Counted from the whole stretch's first letter, positions 11,561 through 24,649 are shown. The stretch: DNA of 63,998 nt, filler included, from Pirum gemmata (GCA_002812295.1; 30 parts of 30 records of this genome joined end to end with filler, not necessarily neighbours in it); one strand, 5' to 3'. Made by a program: numbers and translations. The notes: generated by a model from the sequence alone, not told the origin.

Positions 11561-12483
11561 AATAGATCATCCAAGAATTTATCTCTTTCCGAGGCCGCTT
11601 TTGACTCTGTGGTTTTGTCTGTGTTGGCAACGTTTTCGGCAAATACATGCATTAAATCAATTTTATTTTTTTGCTTATTAATAAAACCTTTCTATATTAA
11701 TATCAGATTTATATTTCTGAATGTTTTTTTGTTTCTGATTTTTAAATCAGTTTTCTCTTTTTTTAAAAACTTTCAACAGCAGATTTATATTTTTGAACGT
11801 CTTTTTGTTTATTGAAATTGTCTAGATCTTCTTTTTGTTTTTTGAAATTTAATTATTCTAAATCACTTAGCCTGCATTTAATTATCTCAAGATTTCTATT
11901 TTAAAATTTTCTTCCTTGAATTTATAAAAATTATATTGTATTTTATACATAAAAAATATCCCACTGTGCGCAAAATGCGAACTAATTAAGTCATTCCAAT
12001 TTGAAAAAAAAATAAATAAACCAAACTTCTTATTTATTTTTAAATTAAAATATTTACGATCGAAAATGCTATCGAACCGATAAGACCTTTTCGCATTTCT
12101 CCGCGATCATTTTTTTCAATTAATTCAAAGCATTTTAATTGGTTTAATAATTAATATGTGCTAAAATGCGAGGGTGATAAATGACGTCATTATTATTTGG
12201 CGACTATTTGGAACACTTTGGAACCCAAGCATTTTTACCTCTCAATCTTTAATTTGGCTCCGTTTAATTATTCTTATCCTCTAAATATTTAATTTGGTAC
12301 TGTTTAAGAGCTTCTATATATAGACTATAAAAAAAAGTTGGAGAAAAAAGCAAAAAAAANNNNNNNNNNNNNNNNNNNNNNNNNNNNNNNNNNNNNNNNN
12401 NNNTTAATTAATTAANNNNNNNNNNNNNNNNNNNNNNNNNNNNNNNNNNNNNNNNNNNNATTATTATTATTATTATGAAAAAG

Positions 12484-12712
12484 GTGGAATTATGTCAACT
12501 CTTCTATCAAGTAAAATGGAGAAAATGGAGAATAATGGAGCTATGATTAGTGATAATGTTTATGAAATATTAGGACTTTCAGTGCATCCATGCAATTACA
12601 AAATCATAACCCAATTGGTGTTATTGTTATGCTTATTTGTGTCTCTTATGTCTGTGCGTTATAATAAAATGGATATTATTAACACAGATTGGATCAACAA
12701 ACTTCATAATTG
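12484..12712 (+). CDS. Multi-pass membrane protein exon (possibly Piezo-like)
   Basis: AAG|GT-GIMSTLLSS...YEILGLSVHPCNYKIITQLVLLLCLFVSLMSVRYNKMDIINTDWINKLHN-TG|GTAAC. The phase-2 end joins 14286 to restore a Trp codon. Confidence 0.55.
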
Positions 12713-13950
12713 GTAACCTTTTAAACATAAACATAAACATGAACATATACATTAACATTAACATTAACATTAACATTAACATTAACATTAACATTGACAT
12801 TAACATAAACACAATTATTTTGACTCTCTTATATCTGCACGTTATAATAAAATGAATATTGTTAATACAGATTGTATGAAAAAACTTTATAATTCGTAAC
12901 TTTTTAAACATATACATTGACATTAGCATTAACATTAACATTAGCATTAACATTAACATTAACATTAACATTAACATTAACATTAACATTAACATTAACA
13001 TTAACATTAACATGATCATAATCATATTGTCTCTCTTATGTCTGTACATTATAATAAAATGGATATTATTAATACAGATTGTACCAACAAACTTCATAAT
13101 TGGTAACCTTTTAAACATAAACATAAACATGAACGTATACATTAACATTAACATTAACATTGACTTTAACATAAAAACATAAACATAAACATAAACATAA
13201 ACGTTTTGTCTCTCTTATATCTGTATGTTATAATAAAATGGATATTATTAATACAGATTGGATCAACAAACTTCATAATTGATAACGTTTTAAATATAAA
13301 CATAAACATGAACATATACATTGACATTGACATTAACATTAATATAAAAACATAAACATAAACATAAACATAAACATAAACATAAACATAATCATTTTGT
13401 CTCTCTTATATCTGTATGTTATAATAAAATGGGTATTATTAATACAGATTGGATCAACAAACTTCATAATTGGTAACGTTTTAAACATAAACATAAACAT
13501 AAACATATACATTGACATTAACATTAACATTAACATAAAAACATAAACATAAACATAAACATAAACATAAACATAAACATAAACATAATCATTTTTTCTC
13601 TCTTATATCTGTACGTTATAATAAAATGGATATTATTAATACAGATTGTATCAACAAAATTCATAATTGGTAACGTTTTAAACATAAACATAAGCATATA
13701 CATATACATTAACATTAACATTAACATTAACATTAACATTAACATTAACATTAACATAAAAACATAAACATTAACATAAACATAAACATAAATATAAACA
13801 TAAACATAATCATTTTGTCTCTCTTACATCTGTACGTTATAATAAAATGGATATTATTAATACAGATTGGATCAACAAAATTCATAATTGGTAACCTTTT
13901 AAACATAAACATGAACATATACATTGACATTGACATTAACATTAGCATTA
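12713..13950. repeat. Composite tandem array: 6 extra copies of the exon's last ~80 bp with its donor site, spaced by (AACATT)n/(AACATA)n
   Basis: TCTCTTATxTCTGTxxGTTATAATAAAATGGATATTATTAATACAGATTG...CATAATTGGTAAC at ~12820, 13030, 13207, 13398, 13595 and 13815. Confidence 0.9.
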
Positions 13951-14285
13951 ACATAAAAACATAAACATAAACATAAACATAAACATAAACATAAACATAA
14001 ACATAAACATAAACATAAACATAAACATAAACATAACCATAGCCATAATCATAATCATAGCAATAACCATAACCATAACCATAGCTATAACCATAACCAT
14101 ATCTATAACCATAACCAAAANAACCATAACCATAACCATAACCATAACCATAACCATAACCATAGCCATAGCCATAACCATAGCCATAACCATAACCATA
14201 ACCATAACCATTACCATAAACATAAACATAACTAAACAATATTAGCACTAATTCTAACTTCATTGTTATTAAAATATTTATTTAG

Positions 14286-14404
14286 GTATGTATGTAGATT
14301 ATTCAGACGCTATAGTTTTGGGTTATGTTTTTTATTTTTAAATATTTGGGGACTAGCGTACCCTTCATATATTACTCTTCCTTTATTATTATTTGGATTG
14401 TTAG
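14286..14404 (+). CDS. Next exon of the same membrane protein; Piezo repeat-like
   Basis: TTTAG|G-YVCRLFRRYSFGLCFLFLNIWGLAYPSYITLPLLLFGLL-G|GTATAT. Resembles Piezo segments such as MMVWSITYHSWLTFVLLLW. Family call is tentative. Confidence 0.5.
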
Positions 14405-16957
14405 GTATATGGTTTTTTATAATAACAATAATAATAATAANNNNNNNNNNNNNNNNNNNNNNNNNNNNNNNNNNNNNNNNNNNNTTAATTAATTAANNNN
14501 NNNNNNNNNNNNNNNNNNNNNNNNNNNNNNNNNNNNNNNNAAATTAATAAATAAATTATACTTTCATTTCTCTTACAATCATCATACGTAAATTGTTAGT
14601 ATATCACTCATACTAACAATATATATAAATCATATAACTATATTAATTAATAATAACTTAATAACTATAAACTATTATAATATAATATACTAACTACATA
14701 ATATGTATCAACAAAACACCTTTTAATAAAAGGAAACTTTTTCTTAATTTTAATCATATTAAAAACATTTTCGATAGACGAAGTCGTGTGAAATGTATCC
14801 TGGGAATTATCATTATTAAATATATGATATATCATGAAAACTTCATGAAAGGATAAACAAATATCTTTAACGGTGCTACCAACTTCTGTATTATATTCGT
14901 ATTTGAATATTTTGACATAGAATCTATGCCGGAAATTCCTTATTTTCCAAAATGTTCTACTTACGTTTCTTTATGCCTTTTCGTACTCTTTTCGCCTCAA
15001 ATTTTTGTTTGTAAAATAACTGAAAAATAAGACTTGTGAGTGAAAAATATAGGCCTCCCTTGAAAATACCCAAAGACACTATGAGTAATTTCAGTGTAAT
15101 TTCATAGTTTCATAGACTAATTTCATAGTAATTTCATGGAGCCTTTGAAATACCTCACGGCCAATATAATAATAATATTATTTATATAACTTGAGCCGCC
15201 AATACTAGTTACACTTAAAAAAAGTATACTTATGTTATTTGCGCGGAATTTTCTTAACGATTTTAATTCACTCCCAATCAGCTGCTCCCAATCTGGGATA
15301 GTCTAGCTAGGGTGATAGTCTCTGGATAGTCTCTAGCTCTAGCTAGGTCTCTAGCTAGCTAGAGAGTCTCTCTAGCTACTACTAGCTAGTCTCTAGCTAC
15401 TAGACGATATCGATAGCAACCAAATTGAGGACGACTGATACTGCTAGCTAGCTAGAGTCTCTAGCTACTAGACTAGCAACCAAATTAATTTTAAAGATTG
15501 AGGGCGACTGATAGCTCTACTAGCTAGGTAGTAGCTAGGTACTAGGCTCTAGTAGTAGCCAGCTAGCTCTGGGCTCTAGTCTAGCTAGCTAGCTAGACTA
15601 GCTGCCTGGTAGAGTTGCTCAGTAGAGTTGCTACTTGCTAGCTAGCTAGCTAGCTATGATAGCTAGTAGACTATCAGATATACTATCATCGATAGACTGT
15701 TGTTATCAACTTATCATAATAATATTATCATAGCAAGACTACTTACTACCCTGGGCATTCTTGGGCGTTTTTCAAGGCGAGGTTCGTAGACTGTTAGAAC
15801 TTCGCTATTTTTAAACTTCGTATGATACTTCGTAGTCTTTATCTTTACATAAATATTAAATGATAGACTATCCGATACCCGCTACTAGCTAGCTCTAGCT
15901 AGATAGCCTATCGATACCCTTACATTATTACTAACTAGACTACTACTATGCTAGCTAGGTGTCTACTACCTAACTAAGGTCTATCATACTATGTCTACTA
16001 GGAGGGGGGGGGTCTATCGAGACTCCTATGATAGGTCGAGACTAGACCCGGGGGTCTATGATAGGTCGAGACTATCATACGGTTGTCCTTTTAATCTTTA
16101 ATTTGGTACTGTTTAAGTGTATAATTGAACTTGTTTATAAAATACAACTTTAAGTATAAAATACCAAATTAATTAAAACATGTCTGATAGTTCATTTCAG
16201 TTTTTGAACTGGACAACATGATAAGAGAGCAACTGGGTCTGTGAGGGGTCTGTGATACGTCTGTGATACCTATGATATGATATTTATATCGATAAACATG
16301 AGGTAGTCTAGACTGTCTAGCCATGTATGATGCTGGATTTTTTTTTTGTAACATCATGATTCATGACTCATGAGACGCACCCGCTATCATAACATTCTTT
16401 TCTTCTTGATATCATACTACTACACTGCTACTAATACTACTATCATAGATACTACTAATACTACTACCTTACCACTACTACTATTACTACTGCTGCCATT
16501 ATTATTATTATTATTANNNNNNNNNNNNNNNNNNNNNNNNNNNNNNNNNNNNNNNNNNNNTTAATTAATTAANNNNNNNNNNNNNNNNNNNNNNNNNNNN
16601 NNNNNNNNNNNNNNNNGTGTTGGGTGTTGGGTGTTGGGTGTTGGGTGTTGGGTATTGTGTGTTATGTGTTGTGTGTTGTGTGTGTTGTTGTTGTTGTTGT
16701 TGTTGTGTGTAGGTTTTGGTTGTTTTTGGTTGTTGCTGACACACCATCGCTCATCCCTTTTTCGCCTTCACATTGAAATTATCATTTCATAGTACAAAAC
16801 GAATCAATACATAGTCCTAACCTTAGCCCTAACCCCTAACTCTCACTTCCAATAAACTATCACTTTAAATTCTCTACTATTACTTCCACTTTAGTTATTA
16901 CTATAACAAACATTATCAATTGATTAACAACAAACAAACAAACAAACAAACAAACAG

Positions 16958-17215
16958 GTTGCTGGTGACACTCCAATAAGACAAGGGGATAAAATCGTGG
17001 GCTACACCGCAACAAGTAGCTTTGGTGTTGTTTGTCAGAAAACTATTGCGCTTGGTTATCTTTTAAATGAGCATTTTAATGCTAAAAATGATTCTCAAAA
17101 CTTAACCATAAACGTTTATGGTGAAATATATAACGTAAACGTTTTATCTGAACCTCCAGTAGCTATGACTGGTCGAGAAAACACTCCTAAACCACAAGTT
17201 GTTATAAATGGATAG
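16958..17215 (+). CDS. Terminal exon, GcvT C-terminal domain (dimethylglycine/sarcosine dehydrogenase-like)
   Basis: ACAG|VAGDTPIRQGDKIVGYTATSSFGVVCQKTIALGYL...LTINVYGEIYNVNVLSEPP...*. Fits the GCV_T_C pattern VG..TS..F......IALGY. Confidence 0.8.
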   Translation, partial: VAGDTPIRQGDKIVGYTATSSFGVVCQKTIALGYLLNEHFNAKNDSQNLTINVYGEIYNVNVLSEPPVAMTGRENTPKPQVVING

Positions 17216-18500
17216 TTAATTTTTAATTTTTTTTAATGCTTAAGTTATGGCTGCCATATAAATGAATATTAAATTTTAATTTTTTTTATTGTTCCAAAAC
17301 TTAGCTATAAACGTTTATGGTGAAATATATAATGTAAACGTTTTATCTGAGGGTTAGGGTTAGGGATTAGGTCGAGAAAACACTCCTAAACCCTTTAATT
17401 TTTTTAATGCTCAGAACTTAGCTATAAACGTTGATGGTGAAATATATAATGTAAACTTTTTATCTGAACCTCCAGTAGCTATGACTGGTCGAGAAAACAC
17501 CTTTAATCCACAAATTGTTATAAATGAATAGTAAATTTTTAATTTTTTTTTTAATACCTAAGTTATGGCTGCCATATAAATGTATATTAAATTTTAATTT
17601 TTTTTAATGCTCAAAACTTAACTATAAATGTTTATGGTGAAATATATAACGTAAACGTCCTGCAGCTATGGATAGTAAATTTTTATTTTTAATTTTTAAT
17701 GAAATTTTAATTTTTTTTTAATGCTCAAAACTTAAAACTATAAATGTTTATGGTGAAATATATAACGTAAACGTCCTGCAGCTATGGAGAGTAAATTTTT
17801 AATTTTTATTTTTAATGCCTAAGTTATGTATGGCTGCCATATAAATGTATAATAAATTTTAATTTTTTTTTAATGCTTTTAAAACTTAAAACTAAAAACG
17901 TTTATGGTGAAATGTAGAATGTAAGCATTTTATCTGAACCTCCAGTTGCTATCGTATGACTGTTCGAGAAAACACTCCAAAAGCACAAGTTGTTAAGAAT
18001 GGATAGAAATTTTAATTTTTTTAATGCTAAAGTTATGGCTGCCACATATATAAAATATATAAATTGATAATAAATTTAATTTTTTTTAATGCTGAAACTA
18101 TAGCACTCCCACACAATGTTATAAATGGATAATAATTTAATAAATGAATAATAAATTTTAATTTTTTAAAGCTGACGCTACGACTGCCACATTTTGTTAT
18201 ATATGGTTAATAATTTTTAAACGATGTTATAAATGGATAATAAATGAATAATAAACTTTAATTTTTTAAAGCTGACGCTACGACTGCCACATTTTGCTAT
18301 AAATGGTTAATAAATTTTAATGCTGAATTTATGAATGGTCAATAAAACACCTCCTAAACCACAATAAATTTTATTTTTTTAATATTAAAATATTAACACT
18401 ATAGCTAATCGAGAAAATACTCCTAAATCACAAAAGGTTGTAAATGGATAATGATTTTTAATTTTTTTTAATGCCGAAGCTATGGCTGGTCGATAAAACA
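17216..18500. repeat. Decaying tandem copies of the 3' end of the preceding exon and its 3' UTR
   Basis: Repeated AAACTTAxCTATAAACGTTTATGGTGAAATATAT, GAACCTCCAGTAGCTATGACTGGTCGAGAAAACAC and TATGGCTGCCATATAAATG. Confidence 0.85.
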
Positions 18501-18585
18501 CGTACGTTATTAGTATAATAATATAATACAATAATATANNNNNNNNNNNNNNNNNNNNNNNNNNNNNNNNNNNNNNNNNNNNNNN

Positions 18586-18625
<40 letters not shown>

Positions 18626-18631
18626 CAATAG

Positions 18632-18809
18632 GAATAATACCCAAAGATATTGGATCTTGTAGATTGACTTATGCCTTAACTCCCTCTGGAAAAGTTATCT
18701 CTGAATTCAGTGTAACTAAAGTTTCCGAAGATGAATATTACTTAGTTGGTTCTAGGGATTACGCTGACATTGATGTGGCTTGGTTTAACGTCGATCTACC
18801 TGCCTACAG
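18632..18809 (+). CDS. Internal GcvT folate-binding-domain exon, DMGDH-like
   Basis: TAG|GA-IIPKDIGSCRLTYALTPSGKVISEFSVTKVSEDEYYLVGSRDYADIDVAWF...AG|GTAAT. Aligns by eye with the DMGDH segment IPKVG...HMLTPKGRVYAELTV....GEFLL. Confidence 0.8.
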
Positions 18810-20503
18810 GTAATCCTTACCCTTAACCTAACCCTAACCCTAACTCTAACCCTAACTCTAACCTTAACTCTTAACTCTTACCTTCAACCCTTGCTCTTAA
18901 CTCTTACCTTCAACCCTAGCTCTAACCCTTACCCGAATCCTAACTCTAATCCTTAACTCTAACCCTTAAATCTAACCCTTAACTCTAACTCTAACTCTAA
19001 CTCTAACTCTTAAGACTAAATCTTAAATCCCACTCTAGCCCCTAACCCTTACTCGAATCTAACTCTAACTAACTCTTAACTCTTAACTCTAACTCTAACT
19101 CTAACTCTAACTCTAATTCTAACTTTAACTCTAACTCTAACTCTAACTCTAACTCTAACTCTAACTTTAATCCTAACCCTAAATCTAAACCTAACTCTAA
19201 ATCTAACCCTAACCCTAACCCTAACCCTAACCCNNNNNNNNNNNNNNNNNNNNNNNNNNNNNNNNNNNNNNNNNNNNTTAATTAATTAANNNNNNNNNNN
19301 NNNNNNNNNNNNNNNNNNNNNNNNNNNNNNNNNTCATTTAAAAAAGTCAATTTAAATATCATAACCAACCAAATAAATATTTGGAGTGAGAAAATAAATG
19401 AAAAGCACAAATCGAAATTATTTATATATAATGATATTATCATAAAAAAAAATAGTCTATCAGTAGCTATCAGTAGTCTATCTATCATACGATAAGAAAA
19501 TTTATCGTGCTTTCCATTTATTTTGCCACTCTAAATATTTATTTGGTGAGTTATAATATTTAAATTGATATTTTTAAATCAATATATAGATAATAAAATA
19601 TACCAAATTAAATAAAATGGATTTATATTGTATTAATTTGGCACTAAAAAAACAAGCACTATAATCAAAGTCCAGTCTAAAGCTGAAAAAAAACAAAAAT
19701 CTGGGGAAAAAATTTTGGGAAAAAAAATCAGGCCTAAAAAATCATTAATTGTTAGTGTTAGTGTTATTGTTATTGTTATTGTTATTTTTATTGTTATTGT
19801 TATTGTTATTGTTATTGTTATTGTTATTGTTATTGGTATTGTTATTTTTATTGTTCTTCTTATTGTTATTGTTATTGTTATTGTTATTGTTATTGTTATT
19901 GTTATTGTTATTGTTATTGTTATTGTTATTGTTATTGTTATTAATTGTTATTGTTATTATAGTAGTAGTAGTAGCTTATAAATTACTGTAGCTATAGCTA
20001 AAATTGATCCAGGTCTGNTTGTTATTGTTATTGTTATTGTTATTGTTATTGTTATTGTTATTGTTATTGTTATTGTTATTAATTGTTATTGTTATTATAG
20101 TAGTAGTAGTAGCTTATAAATTACTGTAGCTATAGCTAAAATTGATCCAGGTCTGCGCACGCTCTACAACGGTAATGATACAAATCAATAGACAATAGCA
20201 CAGCATAGACTATGTGGAGTCCTGGACTTATTCTAAAATACTTATAATTATCATATTCATAATATTCATACTCATACTGCTGACTCATATACTGTTTACA
20301 ATTGCAATAAACAGCCAACCAAATAAATATTCTATAGTCTATAATTATATTATTATCTGATATTATTATTATAATATTACCCTAGCTAGTAGTATTATTA
20401 TTACCAAAATGAAATCAATTATTGTTTTGGCTGATCGAAACTAGACTAAATAATTCCTGTTTTTTTTCGAATCGAATAGACCCCGGTCTATCATATCTAT
20501 CAT

Positions 20504-20731
20504 AGGAGGGATGAGATGACGTCATCTTACCAATTGGATGCTCGGACCGGCGAACTTCCAGAAATTTGCCTAAAGTTACTATAAATAGTATAATAAAACT
20601 CTTTTTAAAGTAACTACTTAAATAGATAGTTACTAAATAAATAATTACAAATACTAAATATGGTACAGGCGAACAACATTTACTTTGTGCCTCGGTCAAA
20701 AAAGTTCGCCATAAGAGTTCTCACCCCTCCT
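20504..20731. mobile_element. MITE with AGGAGGGRTGAGA TIR and 8-bp TSD
   Basis: TSD TCTATCAT at 20496-20503 and 20732-20739. One end recurs at 30463-30501. Confidence 0.85.
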
Positions 20732-21533
20732 TCTATCATAGACTAAACTTTTATATAGTGCTTTTCAGTCATCATAAAAAAACATACAATAGATAGTACC
20801 AAATTAATATTATATACAACCATTTAATTTAATTTGGTATATTTTATTATCTTTATATTGATTTAAAAATATCAATTTAAATATTATAACCTACCAAATA
20901 AAATATTCAGAGTGACAAAATAAATGAAAAGCACGACACATCTATAGATACAGATACACATGGTGCAAATAATCTAACCACGACTAACTTTTTTTGACTA
21001 ATTTTAAAGTCCAACCTTTTTTTTTTTATTTGTTTAAAACTTTCAAACCTATTAAATACCTATTATATTTCTTAACTTATGTTTGAAAACCGAAAATTCT
21101 AGTGAAACCAAAAAGTTGGAAGGTTTTAAATTGTTTGTACCATACATGTTTTTATGTTTTAATAAAAATCACTGTTGGTGTTTTTTTTTTTTCTTGATTT
21201 CACTTAGCACATGTCAATATTGTGGTTTTCATTTATTTTATCATTTCAAATATTTATTTGGTTGTTTATAATATTTAAANNNNNNNNNNNNNNNNNNNNN
21301 NNNNNNNNNNNNNNNNNNNNNNNTTAATTAATTAANNNNNNNNNNNNNNNNNNNNNNNNNNNNNNNNNNNNNNNNNNNNTTAGGGTTAGGGTTAGGGTTA
21401 GGGTTAGGGCTACGGCTAGGGTTAAGTTAGGGTTAGTGTTAGGGTTAGGGTTAGGGCTACGGCTAGGGTTAAGTTAGGGTTAGGGTTAGGGTTAGGGTTA
21501 GGGTTAGGGTTATAATTTATTAAAGACTTCAAC

Positions 21534-21649
21534 CATTATGTGTTGTCATTATTATTTGGGCATTAAGATTTCTAGACTTGTAAAATTCGTTTACTTCTTT
21601 TTTAAAATACCCCCGTTTAACAACGTCCATAAAAGAGCAGGATATAGAA
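21534..21649 (-). CDS. Prune/PPX1 exopolyphosphatase, DHHA2-domain exon
   Basis: GTAG|T-SISCSFMDVVKRGYFKKEVNEFYKSRNLNAQIIMTTHN-G|GT. Joins the 22574 exon in phase to give IGMSSI. Confidence 0.7.
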
Positions 21650-22573
21650 CTACAAAGTAATAGAAAAAAACACATTTTATAATATTTTGTAAACTTAAAA
21701 CACCAATAACCATAAATAACATTAACAATATATGTGATCATAACAATATAATCATAATCATAATTATAATCATAATCATAATCATAATCATAATCATAAT
21801 CATAATCATAATCATAATCATAGTAATAGTAATAATAACAATAACAATAACAATACCAATAACAATAACAATAACAGTAGCCACAGCCACAGCCATAGCC
21901 ATAAGTACAATCATAACAATACAATATCCATAATATTAGTAATAAAAAATAACAGTAACAAGTACAATTACAGTAATGATAACTATAACCATAGACATAG
22001 CCATAACCATAGCCATAACCATAGCCATAACCATAACCATAACCATAACCATAGCCATAACCATAGCCATAACCAAAACCATAATCATAACCATAACCAT
22101 AACCATAACCATTATCATAACCATTACCATAACCATAACCATAACCATAACAGTTTCCATAATCATAATCTTAATCATAACAATAGGATAACCATAATTA
22201 TAACCATAAATATAACCATAATTATAGCCATGAATATAACCATAACCATAACCATAACCATACCCATAACCATGGCCATACCCATAACCATAACCATAAC
22301 CATGACCATAACCATACCCATAACCATAACCATAACCATAACCATAACCATAACCATAACCATAACCATAACCATAACCATAACCATAACAAGTACAGTA
22401 ATCAATACAGTAACCAAACCCAAGCTCAACATCAAAAACAGAACCAAAACCAAAGCCAAAGCCAAACCCATAACTATAACCAAAACCATAACCATAATCA
22501 TAACCATAATCATAACTATAACCCTAAACCTAACCATAACCATAACCCAGACAATAAAATAACAAAAACTTAC

Positions 22574-22789
22574 CTCATTCCAATATTATAATCTGTCACT
22601 AATTTGTAGTCTTTACGAAGTAACTCGCTAATGGTCAAACCACTTATTTCATGCTTTTTGGAACTAATTATTTGATACAAGGCTAGTCTTCGGTCCGATA
22701 TAGTACCGATAGAAACGTTAGTACCGTTAAATATCCCATTATACCCTGCCTCTAACGATTCAATAATACTTTTATCTACCTCTGTAGCT
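22574..22789 (-). CDS. Prune/PPX1 exopolyphosphatase exon
   Basis: AAG|A-ATEVDKSIIESLE...LYQIISSKKHEISGLTISELLRKDYKLVTDYNIGM-AG|GTAAGT. The ISGLT..ELLRKDYK motif is typical of DHHA2. Confidence 0.8.
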
Positions 22790-23597
22790 CTTTTTAATTA
22801 GGGTTAAAGTTAGAGTTAGGGATAAGGTTAGGGTTAGGACTAGGGTTAAGGTTAGGTTCAGGGTTAGGCTTAGGCTTAGGCTTAGAGTTAGGCTTAGGCT
22901 TTTCCCTAGGCTTAGGCTTCGGATTGGGCTTAGTTGGTTATTGGGCTTGTAACGTTAGTACCGTTAAATACCCCATTATATCCTGCCTCTAACGATACAA
23001 TAATACTTTTATCTACCTCTGTAGCTCTTTTTAATTAGGGTTACGGTTAGAGCTAGGGTTGGGGTTAGGATTAGGCCTAGGGCTAGGGTTAAGGTTAGGT
23101 TCAGGGTTAGGCTTAGGGTTAGGGTTAGAGTTAGGCTTAGGCTTAGGCTTAGGCTTACGCTTAGGTTTAGGATTCTAAAGATTCAATAATACTTTTATCT
23201 ACCTCTATAGCTCTTTTTAATTAAAAAGTAAAGATAATGATTATTATTATTATTATTATTATTGTTGTTGTTGTTGTTGCTGTTATTATTATTATTATTA
23301 TTATTATTGTTGTTGTTGTNNNNNNNNNNNNNNNNNNNNNNNNNNNNNNNNNNNNNNNNNNNNTTAATTAATTAANNNNNNNNNNNNNNNNNNNNNNNNN
23401 NNNNNNNNNNNNNNNNNNNATTATATATATATTTATTTAAAAGTGTCAATTTAAATATTATAACCAACCAAATAAATATTCGGAGTGGCAAAATAAATAA
23501 AACACAATAATATTATGTTTCCAAACAGTTAGGGTTTCTTAATTAACAGTTAGGGTTTCCTAACAGTTAGGGTTTCTAGCTTTCTAGGTTTGGGTTT

Positions 23598-24192
23598 TAG
23601 ACTTCTCCGAATTCTGCCCGGGCAGAATTTGGCCTTTTTCGAGAAATGACAAAATGATGTTTTTCCTCTCTAACTCGATCAAAAATTAATTTTTTGAAAA
23701 ANGATGTCACTTTTGTGAGTATTTTCGACGAGTCGAACATACAGATGACGTCACTGGCTCGTATGGCTCGTGGCAGGGCTGGGGTGTTGCTCGGGTATGC
23801 CCGTAATATGAAACTGTTTTGCTTGATGGAAGGTCCTGGGTGGATTTGAAGACGTATAAATAGTGCCGTAAATCTCTGTGGGAGATTGAAGAACAATAAG
23901 CAAAATAATACTATGTTAAAAACTTGTTAATATTTTTATACAATAAAAATATATTATTCGAAATAATTATTATAACTCGCAATTTTCTCATTATAATTAC
24001 AGAGATTGATTCTACCACTATAAAAATATAAACTCAAAATATTCGAACCTATGTATTTATTAATAAAATTGAAAAAATTAATTTCGAACATACCAAACAG
24101 ACCAGAAATTCTGCTCGGTAGAAATCGAGCTTTTCTGGGCAGAAGGCAGAAGCAGAAAGTCGAGTTTTAGGGGCAGAATTCGGAGAAGTCTA
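23598..24192 (-). mobile_element. hAT-like MITE (family C) with a nested insertion
   Basis: TIR TAGACTTCTCCGAATTCTGCCC at both ends. Perfect 8-bp TSD TTGGGTTT at 23590-23597 and 24193-24200. Confidence 0.9.
23705..24001 (+). mobile_element. Probable solo LTR inserted in the MITE
   Basis: TGT...ACA termini, TATAAATA near 23855 and AATAAA at 23942. Absent from the 2734-3018 copy. Flanks n-GA / GAGA are compatible with a 4-bp TSD. Confidence 0.6.
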
Positions 24193-24649
24193 TTGGGTTT
24201 GGTAACTTTGGTTATATATAAATAAATCAGCCTATCACTGAAATCCAAATTCCAAAGCCACCAAATTAGTCTAATAGTTGCAAACTGTGAATCTCTAATT
24301 TGACTCTAACCCTAACCCTAACCTTAACTAACCCTAACCCTAACCCTAACCCTAACCCTAACCCTAACCCTAACCCTAACCCTAACCCTAACCCTAACCC
24401 TNAACACATGATTTTTAATTTTAGGGTTAGGGTTAGGGTTAGGGTTAGGGTTAGGGTTAGGGTTAGGGTTAAGGTTAGGATTAAGGTTAGGGTTAGGGTT
24501 AAAATAACACATGATTTTTAACTATTTTGACACAATAGGAAAATATTTCGCTAATTAATTAATATTTTAAAGACCCTTTATGAAATTTTGGGATTTTAAT
24601 TAAAACATGAAATAGTATACGTAGTAATAGTAAATTATATTGTTATTGT

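Noticed and set aside
12640..13950. CRISPR-like repeat/spacer array
   Set aside because: The repeats are ~80-bp exon-derived copies, the spacers are microsatellites, and there are no cas genes in this eukaryotic context.
15300..16080. CTAG/AGCT-rich palindromic tract as a structured RNA
   Set aside because: Degenerate (AGCT)n simple repeat that also occurs at 1620, 2680, 55075 and 62895. Its self-complementarity is trivial.
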